Counted from the first letter of the stretch, positions 42,644 through 53,101 are shown. The stretch is 64,000 bases of DNA from Patescibacteria group bacterium (GCA_004297735.1 SCTI01000002.1:192160-256159), one strand, 5' to 3'. A program made the numbers and translations. Notes: a model not told the origin generated them from the sequence alone.

Positions 42644-43680
42644 CCCAACATGTCCCTTTCTGCTAAGCCCGCCGCCACGCCGTACTGCGTAGAAATACCC
42701 ATAAGCGTATCCTGCAACTGAGCTTGATACCCAATCTTAATCCAAGCGTTGCCGATCTCAACACTCAACCCGGTAGCAGTCGACAAATAGGTCGGTAGTT
42801 CCGGTAGGGCGGTTGCACCTCCGCTAAGAACGATTTTCTCTAATTTTACATCTGGATACTGACCAAGAAAGAACTTAATTGACTTATCAATTTCGGAGAC
42901 AAGCTGGTCAAGACTGGGCTTAATCGACTTATAAACCTGGCCCTCTAGTTTGGTTTGCGTCAGCCCAAACTTCTTAGTAAACTGGTCGGCCTGAGCTTCA
43001 TCCAAGCCTAAATTTTGCCCAACCGACTTGATAAAGGTTGTGCCTCCTACGTTTACTGAGCGAAGTAGTTTGGGTAGATTTGAGTGGACTATCGTAATAT
43101 CCGTTGCGATACTACCAATATCCAGTACTAGCACCGCCAGATCACTTGGCTGCACCACAGCCCTAGCCAGGGCAACAGCGTTGGGCTCTAGGGCCATTAA
43201 CTCAAGTCCAGCTTGTTGAAAAATACTAACGTATTTTTCAGTCACCGTATTTGGAGCAGCTACTAGTAAAACCTCTTGCTCTTGCTCGCTCTTACCAGGG
43301 CCGATAACCACCCAATCGATCTTAATATCCTTATAGTCCATTGGGATGTACTGATCAGCCTGCAACTGGATCGCCTTAGCTAGCTCAGAGTGATTAAGCT
43401 TTGGTGTAGTAATAACACTAGAAAAAACTTTCGAGGATGGAACTCCAGCTATTACATACTTAGTGCTAACTTGAGCGTCTTTGACCAACTGTTTAACCGC
43501 GGCGGCAACCTCTGCAATATCCGAAGGCGAATCGCTTGTGGTCAAACCTGTGCGCAGCTCGATATGACCATAAGTTACAAGTGCGGGTTTTTGGCCAGCC
43601 TTCTTAAGCTGGACCAGTCGTATACCGCCCGAACCAATATCAATACCGAAATATTCAACTTCTTGTTTGAATAGCCCCAT
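42640..43680 (-). CDS. pilM: type IV pilus assembly ATPase-fold protein PilM (actin-like)
   Basis: YFGIDIGSGGIRLVQL phosphate-1 motif of actin/FtsA-like PilM; 346 aa. Confidence 0.8.
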   Translation of the reverse strand: MGLFKQEVEYFGIDIGSGGIRLVQLKKAGQKPALVTYGHIELRTGLTTSDSPSDIAEVAAAVKQLVKDAQVSTKYVIAGVPSSKVFSSVITTPKLNHSELAKAIQLQADQYIPMDYKDIKIDWVVIGPGKSEQEQEVLLVAAPNTVTEKYVSIFQQAGLELMALEPNAVALARAVVQPSDLAVLVLDIGSIATDITIVHSNLPKLLRSVNVGGTTFIKSVGQNLGLDEAQADQFTKKFGLTQTKLEGQVYKSIKPSLDQLVSEIDKSIKFFLGQYPDVKLEKIVLSGGATALPELPTYLSTATGLSVEIGNAWIKIGYQAQLQDTLMGISTQYGVAAGLAERDMLG

Positions 43681-43738
43681 TTGACTTCAGTATAGCAATA
43701 GCGCTTACGCTTGCAAAGGCTTTTATACTACTTCCCTT

Positions 43739-46700
43739 CTAGAACCGAGGCTGTCGTTCGCCCTGATAGTTAGTGCGCACATATTGGGCCGCGAGATCGC
43801 TAAATGCGGGTGGCGTTGCTAGAATTAAGCGATTTGAGAAAACAATTTCCTCTGACTTAATTGATGGTTGATCGGGAGCGCTCTTAGGCACTCGGTTGAA
43901 GCGGAAAGACCGCCCAAACATGATGCCGTTAACTCTCAGGTTGTTACTGCATTGAGTAACACTATACCCAGCTGTAGGCGGGATCTGTAAATCTGCAACC
44001 CCATCCACCTTGTAGCCACGACTCAATGTTTTAATGTTGGTTCCAGCGGTGACTGGTGGGGTTACCTGGGCGGAGCAGGTATTAATAGTCCCACCCGTCA
44101 AGGTTCGTCCCTGTGCATAATAATAGCCGTCCAAGCGCGTAACCGCAGGATCAACGTAGATATTTCCTGTAACTACCACCCCAAATGAAGGGCTCACTCC
44201 AAATTTATTGCCATCTGCATCCTGGTACCTGACATTACCGGCGATATAGAGGTCTCCATCAACATAAAGTGTCCAGCGCTTGTTAATCACTGTGTCGCTA
44301 CTACTACCCACCGAACCATTGGTAAGACCAGATCCATTTAGGGCGGTGTTGCTTCCCAACACAAACCTGGAACCTGGTGACGGAGAGTTAAAGGTCATGA
44401 TTTTGTTATTGATATCCGGCAGGCTTGTATCTGATCCACTAAAGCTACTGCGTGCTGGCCCCCTATAGGCGCCGCCAGGCCTTACTAGCAAAGACTCAGA
44501 CCGCTGGGCCAAATCAGGGCGGCACTGGGCGGCAGTTGGGCCACTCGCGGTTATTCCCGATAATGAATCGAGGTTAATTGGGCCATCCGGATCCACCGTG
44601 GATACCATAAACCAGCCGTTGCCCCTGCCTCCACTTGGGTTATTTTTAAGCGTGTAATCACCAATTGAGTCAAGCGTACAGGGACCTGCTGTATTAGCGC
44701 TTACTCCCCCACCAGCTTGAATTCCACCTAAAGCTGTATCGTAAAATGGCTGGTCAATTTTTACTCGCCGAAAATCAACCGTATTAGAAGTAGCGCATGA
44801 CTCTGGATACCCGGATGGCACTGGCGAAAGCCAGTACTCCTTCCAGCAGACTCTGGCATTGTTGCTAATTACTGAGCCGTATGGCAGATTGTTGCTATTG
44901 TTAAATGCGACCCTAAAACGATACTCGGGTGTGTCAAAGCTTTCCAGCGGCGTTGCGGCGGCGGCGCAGTTATTTTCCGGCCAGCGCTGCAAACAAGTTA
45001 TACCCCATCTCAATAGTCCACCAGGATTATCGTCACCGGCGCTGTAGTTATAGTTTCTGTCTGGCTGATAGCCGCCTGCCATAGCCGACATATTAGTACT
45101 TAGTCCGCTAGTCGCCTGATCGCGCACATAGTACTCGATTGGTCCAGCGGTTAGGTCTGGAAATGCCCTAATCTTCATAATTGCCTGGCTATAACTTGGC
45201 AAGTCGGTTCGCTCAGACCATATGTAGCTTTGATACGGGATGCCGCATGCGCTACCCGCACTGGTTCCATTAGGGTCAAACTCCGCCAATGCCGATTTAG
45301 ATACACAGCTAACAGCGCCTGGTATGGGGTGGTACGTATTATTAGATAGGGATGAAGATGGCGGATCGCTGGCTAAACTAGAAATTGCTGAATTATTGTT
45401 CATCTGTACGGCAGCCCAGTTGGTTACCCCCTGCAAGCCTACCGATTTGTTTTCGCACCCGGCATAGACTCCCGGCTGACTAAAATCGGCTCCGTACTCG
45501 GGGTGATCCACGCCAAGCCACCAGGCGCCCTGGTAAAAACGAGTGGTAGTACAGTAGTTACCGGTCGAAGTAGACATATACACCCCTACGTCTTTAGCCT
45601 GTTTGACAAAGCCATGCCAGCGAATCGTCAATGTGCTATAAGCCGGCATTTTGCTTAGTTGAAAAGCTATACGAGGTGGACTATTCACTCCACCCACCGA
45701 GGTGGCGCAGCTAGCGCTAGCAAGGTGAGTTGGTGAGCCATCACCATAGACTAAAGGAGTACCCAGTGACGGGCAAACACCGAGCCCAGTACCGTATGGA
45801 TTAGCACTCCACCCTCCGGGCCTCTCAGTGCCAGTAGGACCGTTATTGGTCGCTAAATCTATACCATCAATAGCTATATTTTGGCGCATATTGAGCGGAA
45901 CCCAATCGTCAAAACGGACGTTCGGTAGGTTAGCATCAAGGTTATTGGTTAGCGTTACGGTGTAATCAATTCTATCGCCCGGCTTTACGCTTGTGCCGGT
46001 GCCAGGTGAGGCGGTTTTCGTAATACCAGGATTTTGTGCTATTGGCTCATAGACAAAATTGAAGCCACCGCAAGGGTTTATGATACATGCATTGACCGAA
46101 TTCCCTAGATAAGAGGAGGGGCTTGGTGAATTATAGTTTGTACCCCCCGATGAGGTACTACCCGGTGGTGATAAACAGGTATTTTGGCCAACTGTGGTAT
46201 CAAACTGATAAACTCCGGCCGAATTAGTTGTGGCTGTTTGATTATGTGCCGGATCAAGATCACAATTCCTATTGTAGGTAATGGGTATTCCACCTAGGCC
46301 TTTACCGGTAGCATTAGTGGTAGAAGATGTGGCCTGGCCCTGGACCGTACGCCTCACAACTTTATAGCATTGTCGCTTCGATTTCTTAGCAATCTGGGCA
46401 AGTGAGGTTGTGTAATCATATCCGTCATATTGGACGCTTATATTTGTACGTAAACAAAATAAACCATCCACTCCGCCCGGTATTTTATTAGATAATTTCA
46501 TCCTAAAATGAAAGCGTGGATTTTTTTGATTAAAATTAGCAGGCAGGTTGTTAAGCTTCCATACCATCATTTTACCCTCGGCGCCACAGTTGACCTGGGC
46601 TTCGTCCGAAGCAAGCGTTGAGTACGGACTGGCATTTTGTGATCCAGTAGCAATACCGTCATAAGGCAAAAGCGGATTTATTATACGAGTTGAACTGTAT

Positions 46701-47257
46701 ACTGCACCGGGGGTATTGGTATATTGTCCACTAATTGGAGTGCCAACTGGGAACGCCGACCCAGAACCAGGACAGGCATCGTATTTTCTTTCTACTATAT
46801 TACCCCCACCATCATTATCTTGTGATGGTAAGAACTGTAGGCTTTCAATCATGTCATTATCAATGTCAATTGTAGTGAATACATAAACATTCTTACTCGA
46901 CATGCTTCCTTCGCTTGAGCGCCCAAACGCATTTGTGGTAAACCCAGTCATAATATCCATATTTGAATCACCAGGTACAACTGTGTAATCAGCGCCCGTT
47001 AGCGTTTCTGTTTCATTTCCATTTGGTGTTCCATTCGCTCCCTGCAAATATACATGTGTATAATCATCACCCTGACCACCGCATATGAAGCGAAATGGAA
47101 AATATTCCTGATCATTTGGCGCAGGTGAAGACCCATCCGTGCAGTTACCGCCGCCACCACGAGCAGCATAGACGTTCGCACCCTTAATAGCCACCACAGA
47201 ACCCACCACAAGAACTGTGGCGGCAAGAAAAATAATACTTAGCCTTTTCACACCCAT
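43739..47257 (-). CDS. large secreted/surface protein (1172 aa) with DUF11-like conserved repeat domain; first gene of the pilus operon
   Basis: Signal peptide/anchor MGVKRLSIIFLAATVLVVGSVVA. TKTASPGTGTSVKPGDRIDYTVTLTNN matches the DUF11 repeat pattern. Thr/Ser/Gly/Asn-rich, many Cys. No LPXTG motif seen. Confidence 0.6.
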   Translation of the reverse strand: MGVKRLSIIFLAATVLVVGSVVAIKGANVYAARGGGGNCTDGSSPAPNDQEYFPFRFICGGQGDDYTHVYLQGANGTPNGNETETLTGADYTVVPGDSNMDIMTGFTTNAFGRSSEGSMSSKNVYVFTTIDIDNDMIESLQFLPSQDNDGGGNIVERKYDACPGSGSAFPVGTPISGQYTNTPGAVYSSTRIINPLLPYDGIATGSQNASPYSTLASDEAQVNCGAEGKMMVWKLNNLPANFNQKNPRFHFRMKLSNKIPGGVDGLFCLRTNISVQYDGYDYTTSLAQIAKKSKRQCYKVVRRTVQGQATSSTTNATGKGLGGIPITYNRNCDLDPAHNQTATTNSAGVYQFDTTVGQNTCLSPPGSTSSGGTNYNSPSPSSYLGNSVNACIINPCGGFNFVYEPIAQNPGITKTASPGTGTSVKPGDRIDYTVTLTNNLDANLPNVRFDDWVPLNMRQNIAIDGIDLATNNGPTGTERPGGWSANPYGTGLGVCPSLGTPLVYGDGSPTHLASASCATSVGGVNSPPRIAFQLSKMPAYSTLTIRWHGFVKQAKDVGVYMSTSTGNYCTTTRFYQGAWWLGVDHPEYGADFSQPGVYAGCENKSVGLQGVTNWAAVQMNNNSAISSLASDPPSSSLSNNTYHPIPGAVSCVSKSALAEFDPNGTSAGSACGIPYQSYIWSERTDLPSYSQAIMKIRAFPDLTAGPIEYYVRDQATSGLSTNMSAMAGGYQPDRNYNYSAGDDNPGGLLRWGITCLQRWPENNCAAAATPLESFDTPEYRFRVAFNNSNNLPYGSVISNNARVCWKEYWLSPVPSGYPESCATSNTVDFRRVKIDQPFYDTALGGIQAGGGVSANTAGPCTLDSIGDYTLKNNPSGGRGNGWFMVSTVDPDGPINLDSLSGITASGPTAAQCRPDLAQRSESLLVRPGGAYRGPARSSFSGSDTSLPDINNKIMTFNSPSPGSRFVLGSNTALNGSGLTNGSVGSSSDTVINKRWTLYVDGDLYIAGNVRYQDADGNKFGVSPSFGVVVTGNIYVDPAVTRLDGYYYAQGRTLTGGTINTCSAQVTPPVTAGTNIKTLSRGYKVDGVADLQIPPTAGYSVTQCSNNLRVNGIMFGRSFRFNRVPKSAPDQPSIKSEEIVFSNRLILATPPAFSDLAAQYVRTNYQGERQPRF

Positions 47258-47347
47258 ATAGTGCTTATGCTATATGAATTGGGTGATTGTTGCAATTTTA
47301 TAAATCCGCTCATAGCCCAACCTGACGGTCAGGCTACAAGTTCACAG

Positions 47348-48103
47348 CTACGGGCGGCGGGCCCAAACTACGAGCTGGTTGAACCTTACCGGCCCGTTAA
47401 GAACGTAGTCGTAGTAACCCCCAGAGGAATCGACGTAGGTGGCCTGGACTGAATTCATGCCATCAACGTAAATCCTGTACTTACAGAGGACGTTTCCGTT
47501 AAGTAGCGCCCAGCTGAAGCGAACATTGGAGGGTGTATCCCGCTGTTCCAGGCTCAGGCGAATCTGTGAAAGATTGCCATACCTGTCATCTGTTCCAGTA
47601 AACGACGCCTTGTAGGGATTGTCGCAGGAAGAGCCCACGCCACCAGACTGAGAGCCTGAGTTTGCCGAGCTTTTTGCTGCCTTGCGACTCCATACCCTCA
47701 CTTCTCGGTATGGGAACCGGCTCCCCTTCTTGGCGCGGAAGGAAATGGTTCCACCGGACGTCTTGATGCGCACCAACCTGTACACGCCGCGACGAGTGCG
47801 GACCCGCACCTTGGTGACGGCGCAACCCGGCTTGGGCGTGACGTCAACGCGGAACTTGCCGCTGAGCGACGGCAGAGGCGGTGCCTTAATCGACACCACA
47901 CCCTTATCGCCCCTTGATGAGACCTTCTTGGTCGCTGGATCGCCGACCTTGCGGTCTTTGGCGTAGACGGTCCAGGACTGATAGGTCTTGCCGGCAACAG
48001 AACAGCTGGAGGCAACCGCCTGGCTGGCCAAGCAGCTGCCAGTCAAACCCAGCAGCGCGGCCAGGATCGAGATGAGGCCAAAGCGCTTGAACACGCTCCT
48101 CAC
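47348..48103 (-). CDS. hypothetical secreted protein, high-GC (GTG start)
   Basis: Signal peptide FGLISILAALLGLTGSCLASQA; Arg/Lys-rich; GC about 58-60%; RBS aaaggaagg. Confidence 0.45.
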   Translation of the reverse strand: MRSVFKRFGLISILAALLGLTGSCLASQAVASSCSVAGKTYQSWTVYAKDRKVGDPATKKVSSRGDKGVVSIKAPPLPSLSGKFRVDVTPKPGCAVTKVRVRTRRGVYRLVRIKTSGGTISFRAKKGSRFPYREVRVWSRKAAKSSANSGSQSGGVGSSCDNPYKASFTGTDDRYGNLSQIRLSLEQRDTPSNVRFSWALLNGNVLCKYRIYVDGMNSVQATYVDSSGGYYDYVLNGPVRFNQLVVWARRP

Positions 48104-48326
48104 CCTTCCTTTCTCTTCCGGGCGCGCCCGGGTAGTGTGATGGTACTTTCGATTATTGTCACCATTATTGATGGCAACGAACGCTATTATTATACACTAT
48201 AATAATGCTTTTGTCTACTTATAGTGCTGGTGGAAAATAAAAAACCGCCGTAAAGCGGTTTTGCAATAATTTCGTGATGGTGTGGGGCGGTCCGAAGACC
48301 GCCCCACACGCTGACCCTCCGCCTCA

Positions 48327-48635
48327 TCAATGGCTGTAGATGATGAGCCGAAGCCGAGAACCGCGAAGGCGGTTGAGCGGCTGACCCGGCGGGGCGGGCA
48401 GGTCGCTGGGCTGCAGCGAGGAGACCGTGACACCGGTCTTCTCGATCCGCAGCTCGCCCTTCTTGGGCGGCGACGTGCGCTGGGCGGGGGTCCGGGTGGA
48501 GAGCTGTCCGGGAACCACGATGGCCGTGGCGCCGGTCTTCTCCACCCAGGTGTTGCTCTTGGCCTCGGCCGCAGATGCGGCGAACATCGCGCAGGCGATG
48601 GCCAGGAGCAGAACGAGCAAGCGCGGCGAACGCAT
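48327..48635 (-). CDS. hypothetical small secreted protein, high-GC
   Basis: Signal peptide MRSPRLLVLLLAIACAMFAASAAEA. Several alternative ORFs overlap here because of high GC; this one is chosen for its signal peptide. Strong hairpins follow its stop at 48283-48312 (13-bp stem) and 48243-48268. Confidence 0.3.
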   Translation of the reverse strand: MRSPRLLVLLLAIACAMFAASAAEAKSNTWVEKTGATAIVVPGQLSTRTPAQRTSPPKKGELRIEKTGVTVSSLQPSDLPAPPGQPLNRLRGSRLRLIIYSH

Positions 48636-48846
48636 GATCGCTTCTCCTTTCCGGCCGAGGCCGGGTTTGAGGGGACTGATTCTGAGGGTTTGTATTTGGT
48701 ACTTCTATTGTAGCCACAGTTTCCTGCAACCACAATAATGTTATACACTATTTTTTTGTTTTTGTAAAGGCTTTTGTTTAAAATTGGTGGGTAGAACGTG
48801 CTGTGCTCTATCCCCTTTATCAGGTAAATGGTATAATTTTCCAGAT

Positions 48847-49926
48847 ATGAAGATCGGAATCGTGGGTCTGCCCAACGTAGGCAAATCGACCCTATTTAAT
48901 ACTTTAACTAAAAACAATGTACTGGCAGCCAACTACCCCTTTGCCACCATTGAGCCTAATGTAGGCATGGTGCCGGTGCCGGATCCGAGGTTAGCTAAGC
49001 TAGCTGAGCTTTATGGTGCCAAAAAGACGATTCCAGCCACGGTTAGTTTTGTCGATATTGCCGGTATTGTCCGTGGGGCTAGCGAGGGCGAAGGCTTGGG
49101 TAACAAATTTTTGGCCAACATTCGCGAATGTAATGCGATCGTTCAGGTGGTGCGAGCCTTTGATGATAGCGACGTGACGCACGTTGATGGGTCGGCCGAT
49201 CCCGCCCGCGACATCGAAACCATTAACACTGAATTAATTCTGGCCGACCTACAGAGCTTAGAAAAACGCCAACAACGCCTCGCTGGCGAGATGAAATCAA
49301 ACCCTAAGGTGGTCGGCCCGATTAAGGCTACCGTGGACATGGTGGCAAAAGCGCTCGATGAAGGCAAACTGGCTTCGCAGCTTGGCTTGAGCGATGACCA
49401 GCTGGAGCACATTCGCGATTTACAGCTTTTAACCGCTAAACCATTTATTTTTGTTTTTAACGTCAATGAAAGCGATTTAAGTAATGACGCCAAGCACCAA
49501 GAGTTGGCGGCGTTGGTGCCAGGGCTACCGGTAATCTTGGTTTGCGCCAAGGTTGAGGCCGAGCTAATGGAGCTTCCCGAAGATGAGGCCGCCGAGTTAC
49601 TGGCTGAACTAGGTCAGAAGCAATCTGGGCTAGAACAGTTAATCGGTGAAGGCTACAAGGTGCTTGGGCTACAAAGCTACCTCACGGCGGGCCCCAAAGA
49701 GGTGCGAGCCTGGACAATCACAGCAGGCGCTACCGCTCCCCAGGCAGCCGGGGTAATCCACACCGATTTTGAAAAAGGCTTTATTCGAGCCGAGGTGGTC
49801 GGCTATCAAGATCTGGTTGCCGCCGGCTCATTGGCCGCCGCCCGCGCCGCCGGCAAGGCTCGACTGGAGGGCAAAGACTACATTATGCGCCCGGATGATG
49901 TGGTTGAGTTTCGTTTTAACGTTTAG
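48847..49926 (+). CDS. ychF: ribosome-binding ATPase YchF (Obg-family)
   Basis: [22 protein letters not shown]1 motif; C-terminal TGS domain; 359 aa. TATAAT only 10 nt upstream, so the mRNA is possibly near-leaderless. Confidence 0.85.
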   Translation: MKIGIVGLPNVGKSTLFNTLTKNNVLAANYPFATIEPNVGMVPVPDPRLAKLAELYGAKKTIPATVSFVDIAGIVRGASEGEGLGNKFLANIRECNAIVQVVRAFDDSDVTHVDGSADPARDIETINTELILADLQSLEKRQQRLAGEMKSNPKVVGPIKATVDMVAKALDEGKLASQLGLSDDQLEHIRDLQLLTAKPFIFVFNVNESDLSNDAKHQELAALVPGLPVILVCAKVEAELMELPEDEAAELLAELGQKQSGLEQLIGEGYKVLGLQSYLTAGPKEVRAWTITAGATAPQAAGVIHTDFEKGFIRAEVVGYQDLVAAGSLAAARAAGKARLEGKDYIMRPDDVVEFRFNV

Positions 49927-49947
49927 GCGGGGCGGTATGCTCAGACC

Positions 49948-50685
49948 TTACAAAGAGGTGGCCGTCATCGCATAAAAACGTTCGCGGTTGCCCTTAGCCC
50001 CAGCAACTCCCGAGTCGGCCGAAGCAATGATATTAAAGCTGCCGGTTAAGGCCTTTTCGAAGGCGGCCAAGATCTCTTGGCGCTCATTCTCGTCATCAAT
50101 AATGCCCCGAAATCGGTCGGCGGTTTCTTTGTCGGTTTCAAACTGTGGCTTCATCATAGCCACAATCAAACCGTTGGGTTTTACCAGTGCGGCCACCGAG
50201 GGTAAAATCTTTGATAAAGAAATAAATGACACGTCGGCCACCGCCATATCTGGCAGCGGATTAAGGTGATATGGCATAACGTCGCGAATATCGGTGCGCT
50301 CCATGCTAACAACTCGATTATCCTGGCGGAGCTTGTAGGCCAGCTGAGCGTTACCGACATCAACCGCGTAGACCTTTCGGGCGCCGTTCTGCAGAGCAAA
50401 ATCGGTGAATCCTCCGGTTGAAGAACCGGCATCAAGTACGACCTTATTCTTAAAATCAAGGTTGAGCGACTGTGCTACTGACGCCAGCTTCTCCCCCGCT
50501 CGAGAAACATAGCGAGACTTTTGAGTCACTTCTAGCGGAATATCTTCATCAAAACTTTGGCCCGGCTTAAGCAAGACCATGTCGTTGCTACGCACCTCGC
50601 CCGCCATTATCATTGATTGAGCTTGAGTGCGCGAATCGGCTAAGCCGCGCTGTAGCACCAGTTGATCTAGTCGGACTTTAGCCAC
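49948..50685 (-). CDS. tlyA: TlyA-family rRNA 2-prime-O-methyltransferase (S4 + FtsJ domains)
   Basis: N-terminal S4 RLDQLVLQRGLADSRTQAQSMIMAGEV; SAM motif VVLDAGSSTGGFTDFALQNGARKVYAVDVG. Confidence 0.8.
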   Translation of the reverse strand: MAKVRLDQLVLQRGLADSRTQAQSMIMAGEVRSNDMVLLKPGQSFDEDIPLEVTQKSRYVSRAGEKLASVAQSLNLDFKNKVVLDAGSSTGGFTDFALQNGARKVYAVDVGNAQLAYKLRQDNRVVSMERTDIRDVMPYHLNPLPDMAVADVSFISLSKILPSVAALVKPNGLIVAMMKPQFETDKETADRFRGIIDDENERQEILAAFEKALTGSFNIIASADSGVAGAKGNRERFYAMTATSL

Positions 50686-50696
50686 GACCGGACGGC

Positions 50697-51260
50697 CTAC
50701 TTGTGTCGTTCGAGGTAACGACCATCACGCGTATCAACCTTAATAGCGTCACCCTCATTAATAAACAGCGGCACCATAACTTCGAGGCCGGTTTCGGTAA
50801 TAGCCGGCTTTAGCGCCGTAGTAGCGGTATCGCCCTTAACGCCCGGCTCGGTTTGAGTAATGGTCAGAACAACGTTGTTACCAATATCGATACCAATCGG
50901 CTGGTCGTTAAAGTGTAGAATTATCACCTTTGCCTCGCCGACCAAGTACCGAGCAGCGTCACCAACCACATCATGGTTTAGGCCAACCTGCTCAAAGCTG
51001 TTTTGGTCCATAAAGTAGTGAGCGTCGTCGTCGCTGTAAAGATACTGCATGTTCACGCGCGACATGTCGGCGCTTTCAATCTTGTCGGACGCCCGGAAAG
51101 AGCGGTCAAAAATGGCGCCGTTAACCAGGTTTTTAAGCTTGGTTCGCATAACCGCGCCGCCTCGACCCATTGCAATATGAGACGACTCTAAAACCAAGTG
51201 TGGCGCTCCATCAATCTGAATCGCAACACCTTTCTTAAGATCGGTATGACCGTACATCAT
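50697..51260 (-). CDS. efp: elongation factor P
   Basis: 187 aa; LKKGVAIQIDGAPHLVLESSHIAMGRGGAVMRTKLKNL KOW-like domain I pattern. Confidence 0.85.
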   Translation of the reverse strand: MMYGHTDLKKGVAIQIDGAPHLVLESSHIAMGRGGAVMRTKLKNLVNGAIFDRSFRASDKIESADMSRVNMQYLYSDDDAHYFMDQNSFEQVGLNHDVVGDAARYLVGEAKVIILHFNDQPIGIDIGNNVVLTITQTEPGVKGDTATTALKPAITETGLEVMVPLFINEGDAIKVDTRDGRYLERHK

Positions 51261-51281
51261 CGCTATTAGCCTTTGCCTAAA

Positions 51282-51500
51282 TTAACGAACCACAAACGGC
51301 AGCAAGGCTAAATGACGTGAGCGCTTGAGCGCAACCGCCACGCGACGCTGGTGCTTCATGCAGGTACCGGTTCGCTTCCGGGTTTCGATTTTACCGTAGC
51401 CATTTAGGTAGCGCTGCAGTAGCTTAACATCTTTGTAGTCAACCTCATCCACCTTTTCGGCGCAAAAGCGGCAGACCTTTTTACTGTAAAAATTTGCCAT
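51282..51500 (-). CDS. rpsR: 30S ribosomal protein S18
   Basis: [23 protein letters not shown]...[29 protein letters not shown]. Confidence 0.85.
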   Translation of the reverse strand: MANFYSKKVCRFCAEKVDEVDYKDVKLLQRYLNGYGKIETRKRTGTCMKHQRRVAVALKRSRHLALLPFVVR

Positions 51501-51521
51501 AATCTTCCTTCGTTTCTCTAA

Positions 51522-51986
51522 TTAAAATGGGATCTCATCTAGGTTGACTGGCTCGTCATCCTTAAGATCTTCAATTACCACATCCTTCTTCTTGGCCGGT
51601 GCTGCGGGAGCTGATGCAGCCGGTTCGGCTGGAGTATAATCGCCGCCACCTTCGCCCGGACGATCCAAGAAGTTGATGTCGCTAGCCACGATCTCGGTAC
51701 GCTGTCGCTTTACACCATCCTTTTCCCAACTCTGGGTCTGCAGACGTCCAACCACCATAACCTTGCGGCCCTTGCCTAAGTATTGATTGGCCAGCTCACC
51801 GAGCTTACCCCAGGCGACGATTTCGTGATATTCAACCGCCTCCTTACGCTCCCCGCTACCATCTACCCAGTTTCGGTTGGTGGCGACCGCAAAAGAAGCT
51901 ACCGCTTGACCACTTGGGGTGGTCCGCAGCTCCGGATCGCGTGTTAAGTTACCCATTACAATTGCTTGGTTAAAGCTTTTTGCCAT
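51522..51986 (-). CDS. ssb: single-stranded DNA-binding protein
   Basis: OB-fold NLTRDPELRTTPSGQAVASFAVA; acidic C-terminal tail ending DEIPF. Confidence 0.85.
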   Translation of the reverse strand: MAKSFNQAIVMGNLTRDPELRTTPSGQAVASFAVATNRNWVDGSGERKEAVEYHEIVAWGKLGELANQYLGKGRKVMVVGRLQTQSWEKDGVKRQRTEIVASDINFLDRPGEGGGDYTPAEPAASAPAAPAKKKDVVIEDLKDDEPVNLDEIPF

Positions 51987-51987
51987 A

Positions 51988-52356
51988 CTACTTTCCCTCT
52001 TCTGCAGCTGGCTCTGCCGCTGCGGTTACCTCTTTCTGCTTTGGTGTATCAAGTGGCTTACGATGCTCAACAACTCGGTTCACGATTAGGAATCGCATTA
52101 CCTCTTCGGTGATACGAAGCGCCGCCTCAAGCGGGCGAATTTGTTGTGGATCAAGCTCTACCTCAAAGTAAATATAGATACCAAACTGTTGTTTGCGTAC
52201 TGGGTAAGCTAGTCGCTTTTTACCCCAGTTGTCACGCTTTGAGATTGTACCTCCGACGCCTTTAATCAGCTTTTCGACAGCTGCAATTGGCGTATCAACG
52301 TCAATCTCTAGATCAGGGTGCAATAGCACCACTAGTTCATACGGTTTCACACACAC
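51988..52356 (-). CDS. rpsF: 30S ribosomal protein S6
   Basis: YELVVLLHPDL...WGKKRLAYPV motif; rpsF-ssb-rpsR operon order. Confidence 0.8.
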   Translation of the reverse strand: MCVKPYELVVLLHPDLEIDVDTPIAAVEKLIKGVGGTISKRDNWGKKRLAYPVRKQQFGIYIYFEVELDPQQIRPLEAALRITEEVMRFLIVNRVVEHRKPLDTPKQKEVTAAAEPAAEEGK

Positions 52357-52558
52357 TCCTTTCTGTGGTACCTGCCGTAAACAGGTGCCGCTTGCTTAAG
52401 GCAAGGGGCAAAAAGGTTGTTAATCTTCCGTACGAGAATACCAGTTTATACCTGATACGTCAAGGTGTGCCGCCATGACACACTCCTATGCTAACAACTA
52501 AATATTAAATAATTCTAAACCGATTGGCCCAAAAGCTATTTTTAAAGATAATAGAGGT

Positions 52559-53101
52559 ATGTATATTCTGCAAAGTCAACTGCGCAACCTGCCAATCATG
52601 AGCCTGCAAACCGGTAAAAGTGTGGGTATAATGCGCGAACCAATTATTAATATGGCGACGCTTGAGGTAATGGCGGTAAGCTGTCAACCGGCCGATAACA
52701 AGCGCCAATTACAGATTTTGCTTATGCGCGACATTCGGCAAATGTCGCCAGATGGCGCCATTATTGACTCTTTTGAAGACTTTTCTGATCCGCAGGATAT
52801 TGTTCGGCTTCAGCCAATTCTGCAACAGCACTACAACCCGCTGGGGGCTCGCGTGATCGACCAGCACAGTCACCGTCTCGGCAAGGTTGAGGACTACACC
52901 ATCAGCCTAAAGACGAATCAGGTTCAAAAGCTGTATGTCCACCAGTCATTAATCCGGAGTATGGTTTTTAACAACGCCATTATTGATCGATCGCAAATTA
53001 TTGATGTAAAGCCAAAACAATTTGTGGTCAGCGATACCGCAACACCGCGGTTGTCTCCGGCTGTGAAAACCGTGCCCAAACCCGCCAGCAGTCGCCCATA
53101 A
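52559..53101 (+). CDS. hypothetical protein with two PRC-barrel-like repeats
   Basis: Two repeats, L.NLPIMSLQTGKSVGIMREPII and G.RVIDQHSHRLGKVEDYTISLKT; 180 aa. Confidence 0.4.
   Translation: MYILQSQLRNLPIMSLQTGKSVGIMREPIINMATLEVMAVSCQPADNKRQLQILLMRDIRQMSPDGAIIDSFEDFSDPQDIVRLQPILQQHYNPLGARVIDQHSHRLGKVEDYTISLKTNQVQKLYVHQSLIRSMVFNNAIIDRSQIIDVKPKQFVVSDTATPRLSPAVKTVPKPASSRP

Noticed and set aside
48190-48748. Multiple overlapping 100-180-aa ORFs on both strands (48190-48735, 48215-48748, 48330-48713, 48427-48738).
   Set aside because: High GC produces long open frames. Only the frame with a credible signal peptide (48327-48635) was kept, at low confidence.
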